Below, piece after piece: positions 8,083-17,415 of a DNA stretch of 26,000 nt. The number at the start of each line of letters is the position of its first letter. The first letter of the stretch is position 1. A program made the translations under genes and the position numbers. Under the pieces are notes generated by a model. That model did not search any database. It saw only the letters and a program-made list of their open reading frames with translations, and was not told the DNA's origin. Source of the stretch: a virus (lineage: Duplodnaviria > Caudoviricetes); the IMG/VR virus record IMGVR_UViG_3300048079_000018, positions 1 through 26,000 of that record; one strand, 5' to 3'.

Positions 8083-8427
8083 CTACGCAACGAGGGATGC
8101 ATCCACCTTCGCCGACTTCGGCAGCAAAAAACCGGCAACCTCGGTGGCCATCTGCACCAGGTCGGCCGGATCCATCAGACCAATGTCGTGATCGGTCAGG
8201 GTAGGCGTGGTGATGCGGGGAAGGACCTTGCGCAGCGCGAGGACGTCCATCTGCAATAGGTCGGTCAGAGAAACGCCGCGCAACTCGCCGGAGACGGGTT
8301 TGCGCAGCGTCACCTCGGTGATTTCGGTCGAACCTCTGACAATGGGCGTATCCAGGGTGATGACTGGGCGGTTTGGGTTCTTCTCAACTGGTGCGTCCAC
8401 AGCTTCGTTTTTTTGGGAGGTGCTCAT
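8083..8427 (-). CDS. gpE: Tail assembly chaperone GpE
   Basis: ITLDTPIVRG..LRKP.SGELRGVSL..VLPRITTP..DPADL motifs. Confidence 0.9.
   Translation of the reverse strand: MSTSQKNEAVDAPVEKNPNRPVITLDTPIVRGSTEITEVTLRKPVSGELRGVSLTDLLQMDVLALRKVLPRITTPTLTDHDIGLMDPADLVQMATEVAGFLLPKSAKVDASLVA
8125..8131 (-). other. Programmed -1 frameshift slippery site TTTTTTG
   Basis: GGT TTT TTG near the end of E. The -1 frame reads F-A-A-E-V-G-E-G-G-C-I-P-R-C-V-D-D-A-M-A-D-I without a stop into E'. Same T6G site type as P2 E/E'. Confidence 0.85.
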
Positions 8428-8481
8428 GTCGAAATCCTTTGAAAGAGAGGGTGCCGGACGAGCCGGCGGGAAAAGCTGGAG

Positions 8482-8997
8482 TTACAGGCCGATCGCCTTA
8501 CGGTGTTCTGCCAGCATGTCTTTGCCATCGACCTTGAAAATGAAGTTGAGCAAGTCGATCTCGATTTCTTCATTGCCGTCGATCGTCAGCTTGTAATAGC
8601 TGCAGGTGGTGGTGAACTTGTGCTCGGTGTCTTCACCGCTTTCCGCGTCGCCCATGTCGATTTCTTCGTGCCGGCCGCGCACGACCACCTCCACGGCTGA
8701 AACCTCACCGGTATCGTCGCGCTGGATCGAGCCGGCCCAACGCAACATGACGCCACTCGCCGACACCGCGCCGTACTGACGCAACGCCGTCAGATCCCAG
8801 CCGCCGAGCGTCCATTCCAACTGGATGCCATCGTCGCCATGTCCCAGGTCGACCTTGACCGCGCCATCCATGCCGCCACCTCTGAACGCTTCGAGTTTGC
8901 GGGCGAGCTTGGGCAGGGTGACGCTCTTGCACTCGCCGACGTAGCTGACGCCTTCGTTGTACAAGTTCATGTTCTTGAGCTTCTTGGGCAGAGCCAT
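8482..8997 (-). CDS. gpFII: Major tail tube protein FII
   Basis: MALPKKLKNMNLYNEG..LPKLARKLE.FRGGGM..VRGRH.EID.G. Confidence 0.95.
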   Translation of the reverse strand: MALPKKLKNMNLYNEGVSYVGECKSVTLPKLARKLEAFRGGGMDGAVKVDLGHGDDGIQLEWTLGGWDLTALRQYGAVSASGVMLRWAGSIQRDDTGEVSAVEVVVRGRHEEIDMGDAESGEDTEHKFTTTCSYYKLTIDGNEEIEIDLLNFIFKVDGKDMLAEHRKAIGL

Positions 8998-9046
8998 GTG
9001 GGCGCTCTCCTAAAGGCGCGGCCAACGCCGCGCGGATGAATGAATA

Positions 9047-10219
9047 TCAGGCGTTGACGCGGCTGGCGAAGTCGACCAGGTAGCGATCGGTGATGCGCTG
9101 GCGAAGCCCCAGGTTCTCCAGTGGAGGCACTGGCGTGTAGTCGTAGTCCAGGTAGAGCTTGCCGGCCTTCAGGGTGTCCTTGTCATTGGCGGCTTCGTCG
9201 TACCAGCACTCGCCGCCGATCAGGTAGCCAAGGCGTACCAGTTCCCGGAACTTGGCGTTGATACCCTCGACGATGTCGCGCACCAGGCTCGGGTGCATCG
9301 GCTTGTCGACGGCCCAGAATTGACCCTCGGCCATGGTGTCGGCCAATACCTGGGCGGTACGGGTGTAGTTTTCGAAGGCGAACAACGGGTCGTCGCTGCA
9401 AGTGCGCGAACCCCAGAAGCGGAAGCCTTCGCGACGAATCAGCGTGGTGACATCCGCCCCGTTCAGCAGGCCGGCATCGGTGGCCGGGTTCTGCAGATCC
9501 CAGTAAATGTCCCGGCTCAGTCCGGACACACCATTCACTGCCACGTTGGAAAGGGTTTTGTGCCAGCCGACCTGCTCATCGAGTTTGGCGCGCAGGCCCA
9601 ACGCGCGGGCGATCGCCGACGCCGGCGCATCGGCATTCAGCGTGGTGTCCCAGTTTACGAAATCGGGCCAGATGGTCATCAGCTCGCGGGCACCGAAGTT
9701 TTCCCGGTAGGCGATGGCGTCGGAGACTGTCTCGCAGTCCCAGGCACTGGCGTAAGCGAAACCACGCAACTTTTGTGCGGTGAGGACCAGTTCAGTGGCC
9801 ACCGCCAGCGAGTCGAGACCAGGTACGCCGAGGATGCGCGGCCGCACGCCCAGCTGCGCCTCGGCAGCCAGCAGAGCCTTGAGCCCGGTGTACTGACCAC
9901 CGGCAGTGACTCCGCCAATAACATTGGTGGTGGTCGCGGCAGTGTCCGCACCTTGGGCGACACGAACAACCACGGTGACCGGGCTTGCCTGGTCGGCGAT
10001 GGCATCCAAACTTTTTGCGAGTGTGCCCAGTTCACCGGCCTTACCGCTGGCGGTAAGCACATCGGTTAGCAGGACAGGACGGTTGAGAGGAAATGCGATT
10101 GGATCGGCATCTTCGGCGGTGCAGACCATGCCGACGACGGCGGTTGCGACGGTGCGGATCGGGCGGGTGCCTTCGTTGATTTCGACAACTCGGACGCCGT
10201 GGTGGTAATCAGTTGGCAT
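9047..10219 (-). CDS. gpFI: Tail sheath protein FI
   Basis: Start [21 protein letters not shown] (ATG 10219); [27 protein letters not shown] motifs. Confidence 0.95.
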   Translation of the reverse strand: MPTDYHHGVRVVEINEGTRPIRTVATAVVGMVCTAEDADPIAFPLNRPVLLTDVLTASGKAGELGTLAKSLDAIADQASPVTVVVRVAQGADTAATTTNVIGGVTAGGQYTGLKALLAAEAQLGVRPRILGVPGLDSLAVATELVLTAQKLRGFAYASAWDCETVSDAIAYRENFGARELMTIWPDFVNWDTTLNADAPASAIARALGLRAKLDEQVGWHKTLSNVAVNGVSGLSRDIYWDLQNPATDAGLLNGADVTTLIRREGFRFWGSRTCSDDPLFAFENYTRTAQVLADTMAEGQFWAVDKPMHPSLVRDIVEGINAKFRELVRLGYLIGGECWYDEAANDKDTLKAGKLYLDYDYTPVPPLENLGLRQRITDRYLVDFASRVNA

Positions 10220-10252
10220 GGGGAGAACCTGCGCGTGGGTGACAATGAAACG

Positions 10253-10313
10253 CAGGGTGACGCGCGCGCGTTGGTTGGACGAGCGCGGGGGGTTGTACGG
10301 AAAGGAGCTACAA
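10253..10313 (-). promoter_or_regulatory. Late promoter pF with Ogr-type dyad
   Basis: TTGTA-N11-TACAA (10293-10313), then on the minus strand a CGCGCG box and CACCCT at the same spacing as in pV and pP. Confidence 0.7.
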
Positions 10314-10326
10314 GGGCGCATGAATG

Positions 10327-10348
10327 AAAACGCCCTGGAGAGGGCGTT
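10327..10348 (-). terminator. Intrinsic terminator after the V-to-tfa operon
   Basis: Minus strand AACGCCCT-CTCC-AGGGCGTT followed by TTCATTCAT, starting at the tfa stop codon. Confidence 0.65.
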
Positions 10349-10778
10349 AATGGAACAGTCCAGTCAGCCAAGACGGGGGTAGCGGACGGTGATCAATCAG
10401 CGGGAACTCGCCCGCTTCTGGCCAGTTGCGCAGCGCTCGGCGGTAAGCCTGAAGCTCGGTGTACTGCGTGGGAGTCAATGTAGTTTCCAGGCCCTCTTCC
10501 AGCTCGTCCCGATGGCGAGAAACAACACCATCGGTCGCCAGTAAGCACTCATCACGCCATTGACGTTCAATGGCGGCCAGCACCTCAGCCGAAGCCGGAG
10601 TCGGATCGATTAACACCGGACCATCGTCAGGACTGAAGTCGATCAACTTACCTTCGGACTGCCCCGCTAACAGATAACTTCGCTGCGCTAACGTGATGGG
10701 TACCGCGTCATCAGGAATAGTCTCGTTGATAGAGTCGTCATAAAAACCACCCAATGATTTACTTGAGAACAGCCTCAT
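10347..10778 (-). CDS. Tail fibre assembly chaperone
   Basis: [49 protein letters not shown]; immediately after the fibre gene. Confidence 0.85.
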   Translation of the reverse strand: MRLFSSKSLGGFYDDSINETIPDDAVPITLAQRSYLLAGQSEGKLIDFSPDDGPVLIDPTPASAEVLAAIERQWRDECLLATDGVVSRHRDELEEGLETTLTPTQYTELQAYRRALRNWPEAGEFPLIDHRPLPPSWLTGLFH

Positions 10779-10812
10779 ACATATCACCTACGTTAATTAT
10801 CGAGTGTCCGCG

Positions 10813-12771
10813 TTAGTTACCGACTGCAAACCAAGCGACATGAATGGTTGATGACGTGTAATAGGAACGCAGGGAGAACGTGGACAAGCTCAGTGGCAAC
10901 AATGTTGCAATAGGATAGGAAGGTACGTTAGCGACGTTATCCGTAATCGTTGTATACCCATGAAAGAAGTTATTAGGGAAGGCGACCGGAAGCGCAAGCG
11001 TACTGGTTGAGTTGATAGCGCACTGGTAGGAACCCCACTGAATGATCAGGCCGCTCGGCAGCTTCTGGTAACCATTGGAAGAAAAGAGCGAGCCAAAGGC
11101 AGCAGCATATTTAAGCTGTGCAGATCCACCCACGGCGTACCAATTAGCGCCATCCGACTCAACCGTCAGGCTATCACCTTGCCCAAGCGTAATATTTGAT
11201 GAGTTCTGGCTACCATTGAAATAAACCAACTGACCTAGTTGCGTAGCGATGAAACTCGGCTGGCTGGCAAACATAACAATCGGCAGCTTCGTACCCGATG
11301 GAACTGCGGCGGCTGATGGAAGCGTCACTGTATAATTGCCACCCGCCCCGACATAAATGAGCTTCCCAGCATGGCTGGCATTAAGCGTGGTAACGCCGAC
11401 CAAGATAGCAATGCCTGAATCATTCCCAAGCGCCCGCTGCACAAACTCCGTTGTAGCGTGTTTCTGGGTGTTATCGAACTGCGGGGGCGTTGTCCAGTTT
11501 GGGCCAGACATAACGGCGGTATATTTGAGCGCAATAGAGCCGCCACGCAAACGCCATTCGCCCGTTACTTTGATAAAATAAGCGCTATCCCCTGCGCCTA
11601 GGACGATCGGCACAACGACACCGTTTTGCGCAGTCAGCACATCACCGCCAGAAGCCAAAACAGTGACGGCACCACCGCCACCAGCATTCGCCACTTCAAG
11701 TGTCGCCCCGAGCGGCACACCCGCCGTGGGTGGCAAGGTCACATTGATCGGCGTTGCCGAGGACGCACTAACCACACCGCCGATACTTGAGCTGGTTAGA
11801 ACCGTACTGACCCCAACCGAGTTCAGGTTTGAATATTCAACCCCCACCCGCTTCAGAAACGCCGAGTTGATCAGCAGCTGAGAGCTGTCGAACTGAGCCG
11901 GCGTGTTCGCCGTGGGACTGATCAGGGCCGGCGAGTTGATCGGGGCAAAGCCCTGCGTCACGTTCTGGAACGTCAGCGGCGTGGTGCCCAGGACAATCAC
12001 CCCATCCGTGACAAGTTGCCAACGGGTGTCGGCCAACGCAGTGCCTTGCTCAACCGACACCAGCAGCGCCGAGGTCACTTCGGCATTGGTGTCGGCATCC
12101 GGTGCACGCACCCAGGCAGGGGCAGCGGCAATGTAAATGCCATTGTCCTTGCCCACGGTCTGGTTTTTCACCAGCACCCGATCGCCTGCCAACAACGTGA
12201 CACCGTCGAGAACCTGAAGGCCCGCCAGCGCGATGTTGGCCGTGGTGGCCACCCGCACCGACTGTTTGCTGTCGAGCTTGTACAGCTCTTCCAGAATTTT
12301 GTTATCGACATACTCGCGGGTCGCCAGAACCACCGAGGGATCGATCTTCAACTGAATGTTGGCCGTGCTGCTGGTGATGATGTGCATTCGCACCACCTGA
12401 TTGCGACCCGAGTTCTGGGCCAGCTGCGGCTTGTAGCTGGGAGCCACGTTGGACACCGCTGAGAACACACCATCCTTGTCTTCAAGTGCTAATTCGCGAA
12501 CCCACCAACCGCCGATATCGGGCGGCAACACTAGTTCGGCCACCAGTACCTTGTCGTCGGTTGGGGACACGTAAAGCTGATTTAACTGGGCGCGATAGAC
12601 CTGATTGACTAGCTTCGTCTGCGAAGGATCGGGAACTGGGTCAGTCCCATTGGCATCGCCGATCAGCATGAAACGTGGTTCCCAGGGAATGCCCAAGGCG
12701 TCGCAATTGGTTTTCTTGGCGGCGCCAAGCAAGGTCAGCATGCCGCCGAATATGGTGTTTTTATCAACCAT
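10813..12771 (-). CDS. gpH: Tail fibre protein H
   Basis: Start MVDKNTIFGG (ATG 12771, overlaps the I stop). P2-H N-terminal domain (IGGWWVRE..YKP..IDPSVVLATREYVD), two ~138-aa repeats, C-terminal NGYQKLPSGLIIQWG..LPVAFPN domain. Confidence 0.92.
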   Translation of the reverse strand: MVDKNTIFGGMLTLLGAAKKTNCDALGIPWEPRFMLIGDANGTDPVPDPSQTKLVNQVYRAQLNQLYVSPTDDKVLVAELVLPPDIGGWWVRELALEDKDGVFSAVSNVAPSYKPQLAQNSGRNQVVRMHIITSSTANIQLKIDPSVVLATREYVDNKILEELYKLDSKQSVRVATTANIALAGLQVLDGVTLLAGDRVLVKNQTVGKDNGIYIAAAPAWVRAPDADTNAEVTSALLVSVEQGTALADTRWQLVTDGVIVLGTTPLTFQNVTQGFAPINSPALISPTANTPAQFDSSQLLINSAFLKRVGVEYSNLNSVGVSTVLTSSSIGGVVSASSATPINVTLPPTAGVPLGATLEVANAGGGGAVTVLASGGDVLTAQNGVVVPIVLGAGDSAYFIKVTGEWRLRGGSIALKYTAVMSGPNWTTPPQFDNTQKHATTEFVQRALGNDSGIAILVGVTTLNASHAGKLIYVGAGGNYTVTLPSAAAVPSGTKLPIVMFASQPSFIATQLGQLVYFNGSQNSSNITLGQGDSLTVESDGANWYAVGGSAQLKYAAAFGSLFSSNGYQKLPSGLIIQWGSYQCAINSTSTLALPVAFPNNFFHGYTTITDNVANVPSYPIATLLPLSLSTFSLRSYYTSSTIHVAWFAVGN

Positions 12772-13381
12772 GAGGGTACACATCCATTTCATCGAGAATG
12801 TAATGACTAACGCCGGTATATCCCTGAACCACCACGTCGATATCCGGGTTACTCCAGGGGTAAACGTCAATTTCGTCGCCGTCGTAAACAGCGACACCCA
12901 CGTAAGAATCGACGTGGCTTTCAAGAACAATGTCCAACCCCACCAAGTGCCGGGTGACGGGCTTGGCGTCGTCGATCAGGCGCTCCAGCTCCTGATACAT
13001 TTCCTCGGTGATACCGGTGTCCAAAACGCCCACCTTCAGCGCGAAAGTGCCCGGCGCGCCTTCGGGCACCGTGTTGAACCACTCGACAATTTCGATCAGG
13101 TAACCCAAAGGCTCGACCACACGCCTCAGCGCTCCGATCGTCCCTTTGCGGGAATGGATGAAGTAGGACCCTTTAATCACCTGGCGCTTGGTGGCCTCCG
13201 ACCAGGCGCTGTCCCAGCGATCGACGGAGAATGCCCAGGCGAGGTAGGGCAGAAGTTGCACCGGGCATCGATCAGGGTTCAGCAAATCCCGGATCGGAAC
13301 CGGCACCCGCTCGATCTGCGTGAGGGCCTCGGCCGCAAGCCGTTCCAGCTGTTCTGCGTTCGGTGGCAACAGGTTCGTCAT
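12764..13381 (-). CDS. gpI: Tail/baseplate protein I
   Basis: LLPPN..CPVQLLPYLAWAFSVDRWD..KGTIGALRR..DAKPVTRHL. Confidence 0.95.
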   Translation of the reverse strand: MTNLLPPNAEQLERLAAEALTQIERVPVPIRDLLNPDRCPVQLLPYLAWAFSVDRWDSAWSEATKRQVIKGSYFIHSRKGTIGALRRVVEPLGYLIEIVEWFNTVPEGAPGTFALKVGVLDTGITEEMYQELERLIDDAKPVTRHLVGLDIVLESHVDSYVGVAVYDGDEIDVYPWSNPDIDVVVQGYTGVSHYILDEMDVYPHG

Positions 13382-14292
13382 GACATCGCACCTATGGCCA
13401 CGTTATAGCCGGTGCAAAACGCCGCTTCGGCCTCGCTCGGGGAGATATCGGTCCAGTTGTGGAGAACTACCTTGCGGACGCCCTCGACATGCAGGGCGGC
13501 ATGAATGGCCGACTCGGAGATTTCTACGCCCAGGCGCCGTCGCTGGCTGATGAAAGTGACGAGCCGGGCTTGTGCCGTTTCGCGGATGGGCTCCGCTTCT
13601 GGACCGGTTGTGGCGAGATAGAGGACCGCGTCGACCTGGTAAGGCAGCACAGTTGCCGATTGCACTGTTAGCCGATCGGCAACAGGGCGACGATCCTCAT
13701 CGCTAAGATAATTCCTGACGACATTTAACAGCGTCTGGTCGACGCTTCCGTCTCCGACCAAACCCTGAACAGTGACGACAACAACGGCTGGCGACGGGCT
13801 TTCAGCAGTTGCGTCAGCGACGCGGCCGTCTGCGCTGCGCGCATGCAGAATGTAGCTGTTGCGGGGCCCAGCAGTGGACAGTCCTTCCCATGCCATCTGC
13901 GCGCGCTCGCGCAGAGAGTCGTCCGATTCCATCACCGCGACGATGGGCGGCACGGCCGAGCTGTTGCCCGGGGTCACGACCAGCCGTTCGACGTTGACGT
14001 TGCCAGCGAGCTGATCGAGGTCCTTGCCCTTGGCTTTAGCCAGCATGTTGGCCAGCGACGCTTCATTCACGCGCTGACGCAGCAGCATTTCGCGATAGGC
14101 GTTCTCCTGCAGGAGCTTAGTGAGAGGCTCTGACTCGACGGCCAAAGTGGCGGCGACTTCGGCCTGTTGTTCTGTTGGCCAGAGGCTTACCGCGTATGCC
14201 TTGCGTTCGGCGAGGATCTGCTCGTAGTCAATCTGCTCGACGACATCAGGATCCGGCAACTGAGCCAGGTCGATAGGGGTGAAGGTTTTCAT
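13378..14292 (-). CDS. gpJ: Baseplate protein J
   Basis: IDLAQLPDPDVVE..ESEPLTKLLQENAYRE..GLSTAGP..RPVADR. Confidence 0.95.
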   Translation of the reverse strand: MKTFTPIDLAQLPDPDVVEQIDYEQILAERKAYAVSLWPTEQQAEVAATLAVESEPLTKLLQENAYREMLLRQRVNEASLANMLAKAKGKDLDQLAGNVNVERLVVTPGNSSAVPPIVAVMESDDSLRERAQMAWEGLSTAGPRNSYILHARSADGRVADATAESPSPAVVVVTVQGLVGDGSVDQTLLNVVRNYLSDEDRRPVADRLTVQSATVLPYQVDAVLYLATTGPEAEPIRETAQARLVTFISQRRRLGVEISESAIHAALHVEGVRKVVLHNWTDISPSEAEAAFCTGYNVAIGAMS

Positions 14293-14642
14293 GCTGTTGC
14301 TCCCAAGCTGAGAGGCACACGCAGGCTCAACGGCTCATTGGTGTCTACCAGGCTGCCCTCGATGTCGAGAATCGCCTGGCCAGCAACATCACCCAATGTC
14401 AGCTGAACGCGACTCAGGCGAATCCGCGGTTCCCACCGCATCAGCGCGATGGCCGTAGCCGCGTAAGCCTGCAACCGTGTTGAGCTGTTGAGCGGCCAAT
14501 CAATCAGATCGGCAAGTTGGCTACCGTATTCGCGCCGCATTACGCGGGTTCCGATAGGTGTGGTCAGGATGTCGGCGATCGATTGCACCAGGTGATCATT
14601 CCCGACGATGCTGCGGCCGGAGTTGCTGTTCATGCCGATCAT
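14289..14642 (-). CDS. gpW: Baseplate wedge protein W (gp25-like)
   Basis: HLVQSIADILTTPIGTRVMRREYGS..RWEPRI. Confidence 0.95.
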   Translation of the reverse strand: MIGMNSNSGRSIVGNDHLVQSIADILTTPIGTRVMRREYGSQLADLIDWPLNSSTRLQAYAATAIALMRWEPRIRLSRVQLTLGDVAGQAILDIEGSLVDTNEPLSLRVPLSLGATA

Positions 14643-15184
14643 GGGATTGGTCCTTGGGACGTCCCGTTACCTGCCTGAATGCCGGAGGTGCGGTGATTGA
14701 CCAGGCTGATTTTCTGCCCGCCGGCGACGACGTCCTGGGTGACCGTGACCAAACCATCGATCACGACATCGCCGGTAACATGCACACCACCTGGTGCGAT
14801 TAGATTGGCCTTGCCACCCCCGGGCAGCGTGGCGGTCAACGTATGGCTGGCGGTGTCATAGTCGACAATGGCGCCATCGCGGTACCGGCGCCGGCGGCGC
14901 GTCGGCACGTTGTCCGGAGCCGGAAAGCGATCGCTGTACACACCGAAAATGACAAAGCCGTGAGCCGGGTTGCCGGAAGGCGAGAGCACCAAACACTGCT
15001 CGTCCACGCTTGGCGGATCCCAGTCGCTGTCTTCGCCGGCACGCAGGGCGAAGAACGGCAACCAGTCAGTCAGCAGGCCGCCGGTTTTCACACGGCAACG
15101 CGGCTTCTCCGGATCGAGCTCGGCAATGGTGCCGGCTCGGATCAGGTTTTCAAGGCGTCGGGTCAGTTCAGTAAGAGAGTCCAT
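14639..15184 (-). CDS. gpV: Baseplate spike protein V
   Basis: Start MDSLTELTRRLENLIRAGTI (ATG 15184); TDWLP..RAG..W.PPSVDEQ..LSPSG; C-terminal SLVNH. Confidence 0.93.
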   Translation of the reverse strand: MDSLTELTRRLENLIRAGTIAELDPEKPRCRVKTGGLLTDWLPFFALRAGEDSDWDPPSVDEQCLVLSPSGNPAHGFVIFGVYSDRFPAPDNVPTRRRRRYRDGAIVDYDTASHTLTATLPGGGKANLIAPGGVHVTGDVVIDGLVTVTQDVVAGGQKISLVNHRTSGIQAGNGTSQGPIP

Positions 15185-15191
15185 GCCGCCG

Positions 15192-15251
15192 ATGTTGCAG
15201 GTCGCGCGTGCGAGCTGCATCGGCGGTGGGCTGTAGCGCGAGTGCGTACAG
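15192..15251 (-). promoter_or_regulatory. Late promoter pV with Ogr-type dyad (leaderless start predicted)
   Basis: CTGTA-N11-TACAG (15231-15251), CACGCGCGA box, then CAACAT 7 nt before the V ATG. Confidence 0.7.
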
Positions 15252-15258
15252 GAGAAGG

Positions 15259-15711
15259 TCAGCCGGCAAGGTGATCGATGAACAGATTTCGGATGTTTTC
15301 CAGCTCGTCGCCGCTGAATCCAAGGAGCTGCCGTGTTTCGTATTGCACATCCGCCTGGCCGCGTTCTGGTCGATCCTTGAGGCCGTACTGGTGAACCCGG
15401 GCAATGCGGCTCACACGCCCAACAAATCCCACCGAAATGCCGTTTGCTGTGCTTTCGGTGCGCAGGTAACGGGCCGTTTTCAACTTGCCGAACATCTTGC
15501 TCTTGATCCGGCCTTTTTTTCCACGCAGGTCCTTGGGCTTGCGAGGTACGAACGTTGAACCATCAGGATTGCGCTGCGTGGTGATGCGTTTCGACTGGCT
15601 CCGACGTAGATCCCGGGCGACGGCGCCCAGCAGCTTGCGGCGTTCACCCTGGTCCAGTTTGGCCAGCAATACCGAAACCCATGTTTCCAGTGCCTGCAGG
15701 TCATTGCTCAT
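15259..15711 (-). CDS. gpS: Tail completion/virion morphogenesis protein S
   Basis: Start MSNDLQALE (ATG 15711); QRNPDGS..PRK..RIARVHQYG..RQLLGF. Confidence 0.92.
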   Translation of the reverse strand: MSNDLQALETWVSVLLAKLDQGERRKLLGAVARDLRRSQSKRITTQRNPDGSTFVPRKPKDLRGKKGRIKSKMFGKLKTARYLRTESTANGISVGFVGRVSRIARVHQYGLKDRPERGQADVQYETRQLLGFSGDELENIRNLFIDHLAG

Positions 15712-16190
15712 GGTTTTTCCCACCGTGCGATGAACTCGCCGCCGGCAGTCCAAAGCTCAAGTCCCGGCATGGTGAAAGGATCATCATCGACCACGGGCTC
15801 TGGTGGATGATTGACGACCAGGTTGCCGTCATCCTGGCGTTTGACGATCACACGTTCAGTGAGCGGCAATTTGATCGATAGGTCGACCTTGCTGTTGTCC
15901 AGGAGATCGGCTTCGAAGGCGACAGCAGTTTTGCTGCGGTCGACGTTCTCCATCAGCTCCCGTTGGTTCACCAGGATCCAAGCGAACAGGGGAATGGCGA
16001 TGGCGTCGGGATGGCCAGCGTAATCCGTGAAGATCAGGTTCAACGTGTAGCTGTATTCGAACGACAGACCAAAGGCAGCGGTACTGCGCATGGTGCCTTT
16101 GTCGATGAATACCATCAGGCGGTCGGGGTTTTTCTTTAACTCCGGTACCGAGGCGAGTAGGTGAGCGCGTAACGATTCTGGTTTGTTCAT
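15708..16190 (-). CDS. gpR: Tail completion protein R
   Basis: MNKPESLRAHL..NPDRL.VFIDKG..LSFEYSY..LPLTERV. Confidence 0.93.
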   Translation of the reverse strand: MNKPESLRAHLLASVPELKKNPDRLMVFIDKGTMRSTAAFGLSFEYSYTLNLIFTDYAGHPDAIAIPLFAWILVNQRELMENVDRSKTAVAFEADLLDNSKVDLSIKLPLTERVIVKRQDDGNLVVNHPPEPVVDDDPFTMPGLELWTAGGEFIARWEKP

Positions 16191-16453
16191 GGTTTACCCA
16201 CCTGGGTCTGCTGATGCTGGTAAACCATATCGACCTGCGCAGCGCATTGCGCCCAGTCATTCTCGGTGACGTCCTGGTCGTTGAGCAGGGCGCCGTTCTT
16301 GTCCGGTTTAGTCGCTGACAGGGTGCAAGGCACCACGGCCGGACAACCAGTCGTGATAAGCAGCGGCTCCGGTGATGGCGGGGCGCTCGCGCATCCGGCG
16401 AGCAGCGTCAGGGAGAGGCTGATCAGCCCATAAGCGAAGTTCGGCATTCTCAC
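16187..16453 (-). CDS. lysC: o-spanin lipoprotein (Rz1-like LysC)
   Basis: Lipobox LLAGC, GCPAVVPC and WAQCAAQVD motifs; overlaps the 3' end of lysB. Confidence 0.88.
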   Translation of the reverse strand: MRMPNFAYGLISLSLTLLAGCASAPPSPEPLLITTGCPAVVPCTLSATKPDKNGALLNDQDVTENDWAQCAAQVDMVYQHQQTQVGKP

Positions 16454-16739
16454 GTTTCAAGTCCTCGATCGTTCGTTGACGGGTGGCGAGCCCTTGGCGC
16501 ATTTGGTTTTGAACGCCGCGCAATACGGTTTGGGCGTTCCGCTCTTCCTGCAGCGATGCCTGAAGTTGGTTGGCCGTCGCCTCGCTGCGCGTTGCTCGTG
16601 CAAGCGCGGCATCAGCGGCATCTTGCGCCCGGCCTGTCTTTTGATCTGCGACCTCGATCCGCTGGCTCTGAGCCCAGATCAGCAGCGCGATCGAGGCGAG
16701 CAGGGCGAACCCGAACAGCGCCTGGCGCAGCGTGCTCAC
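16308..16739 (-). CDS. lysB: i-spanin (Rz-like LysB)
   Basis: GTG start 16739 (MSTLRQALFG); N-terminal TM helix, coiled coil, LKRENAELRLWADQPLP. Confidence 0.88.
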   Translation of the reverse strand: MSTLRQALFGFALLASIALLIWAQSQRIEVADQKTGRAQDAADAALARATRSEATANQLQASLQEERNAQTVLRGVQNQMRQGLATRQRTIEDLKRENAELRLWADQPLPDAARRMRERPAITGAAAYHDWLSGRGALHPVSD

Positions 16740-16942
16740 GCGCGGTACCAGCCGAGCTTGTTCATGTCGCCGACGTCCAGCTTTGCGAGAGGACCGCGCA
16801 CGATCACGACTTTGCATCCCGGGGTCATGATGTGAAGGGCTTCGCCCAACAATGCCATGTCCTTATGCTCGGTGGTCTCAGGCACAACCAGCAGATCGCC
16901 GTCCTTTACGTTCAGTCGCTGCACAGCGTCGAAATCGATCAT
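16736..16942 (-). CDS. Hypothetical protein in the lysis cassette
   Basis: 68 aa; 4-nt start/stop overlaps with both neighbours. Confidence 0.75.
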   Translation of the reverse strand: MIDFDAVQRLNVKDGDLLVVPETTEHKDMALLGEALHIMTPGCKVVIVRGPLAKLDVGDMNKLGWYRA

Positions 16943-17415
16943 TTGAAAAACTCTCCGAGGTAGAGAAGGCGAAAGTCTTCTGGGCTGTGGACTAGACGTG
17001 CTTCGCTGAGCGTATCGCCCATGTAGAAAGGCCAGGTGTACCGCTGGAAATGGCTGCCGTTGGCTTCGATGAGACGTAGCAGTAAATCGTTTTCAGCAGT
17101 GTCAACGCCCAACGTCCGAAGGAACTTAGGTGTGGTGGCGTAGTAAGCCCCGGGCCGAATTTTGGTTGAATCGAGCCAGTCGAATTCGTCGTAAAACCAG
17201 ACGCTATCGTCTGTGTCGTCGAATAAAGCTTCGCTACCCGACAGAATCCGCGCGCCCGGCAAACGGCGTTGCATGTCCTCTACCAGCCCATCACAGGTGA
17301 CAAGCCGTACGTTGCGGCCTGCGGCCAGATACGGCTTCGCACATTGAATCAGGCGCTCGGTTTTACCGGTTTGCCTTGGGCTGATGTCGAGATAGGCAAT
17401 GCATATACCGGTCAT
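16939..17415 (-). CDS. Small P-loop NTPase-like protein (terminase ATPase-like motifs) in the lysis cassette
   Basis: 158 aa; SPRQTGKT (Walker A), VWFYDEFDW (Walker B), YYATTP, C-terminal FRLLYLGEF; ATGA overlaps on both sides. Confidence 0.75.
   Translation of the reverse strand: MTGICIAYLDISPRQTGKTERLIQCAKPYLAAGRNVRLVTCDGLVEDMQRRLPGARILSGSEALFDDTDDSVWFYDEFDWLDSTKIRPGAYYATTPKFLRTLGVDTAENDLLLRLIEANGSHFQRYTWPFYMGDTLSEARLVHSPEDFRLLYLGEFFK

Noticed and set aside
8453-9033. Hairpins at 8453-8467 (after FII) and 9016-9033 (after FI) as terminators
   Set aside because: GC stems without a convincing adjacent U-tract on the coding strand; ordinary intra-operon stability elements at most.
9293-10069. 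Long plus-strand ORF (258 aa), and similar ones at 4328-5095, 12605-13408, 20418-21137 and 22714-23283
   Set aside because: Antisense shadows of well-conserved GC-rich structural genes, with no recognisable motifs.
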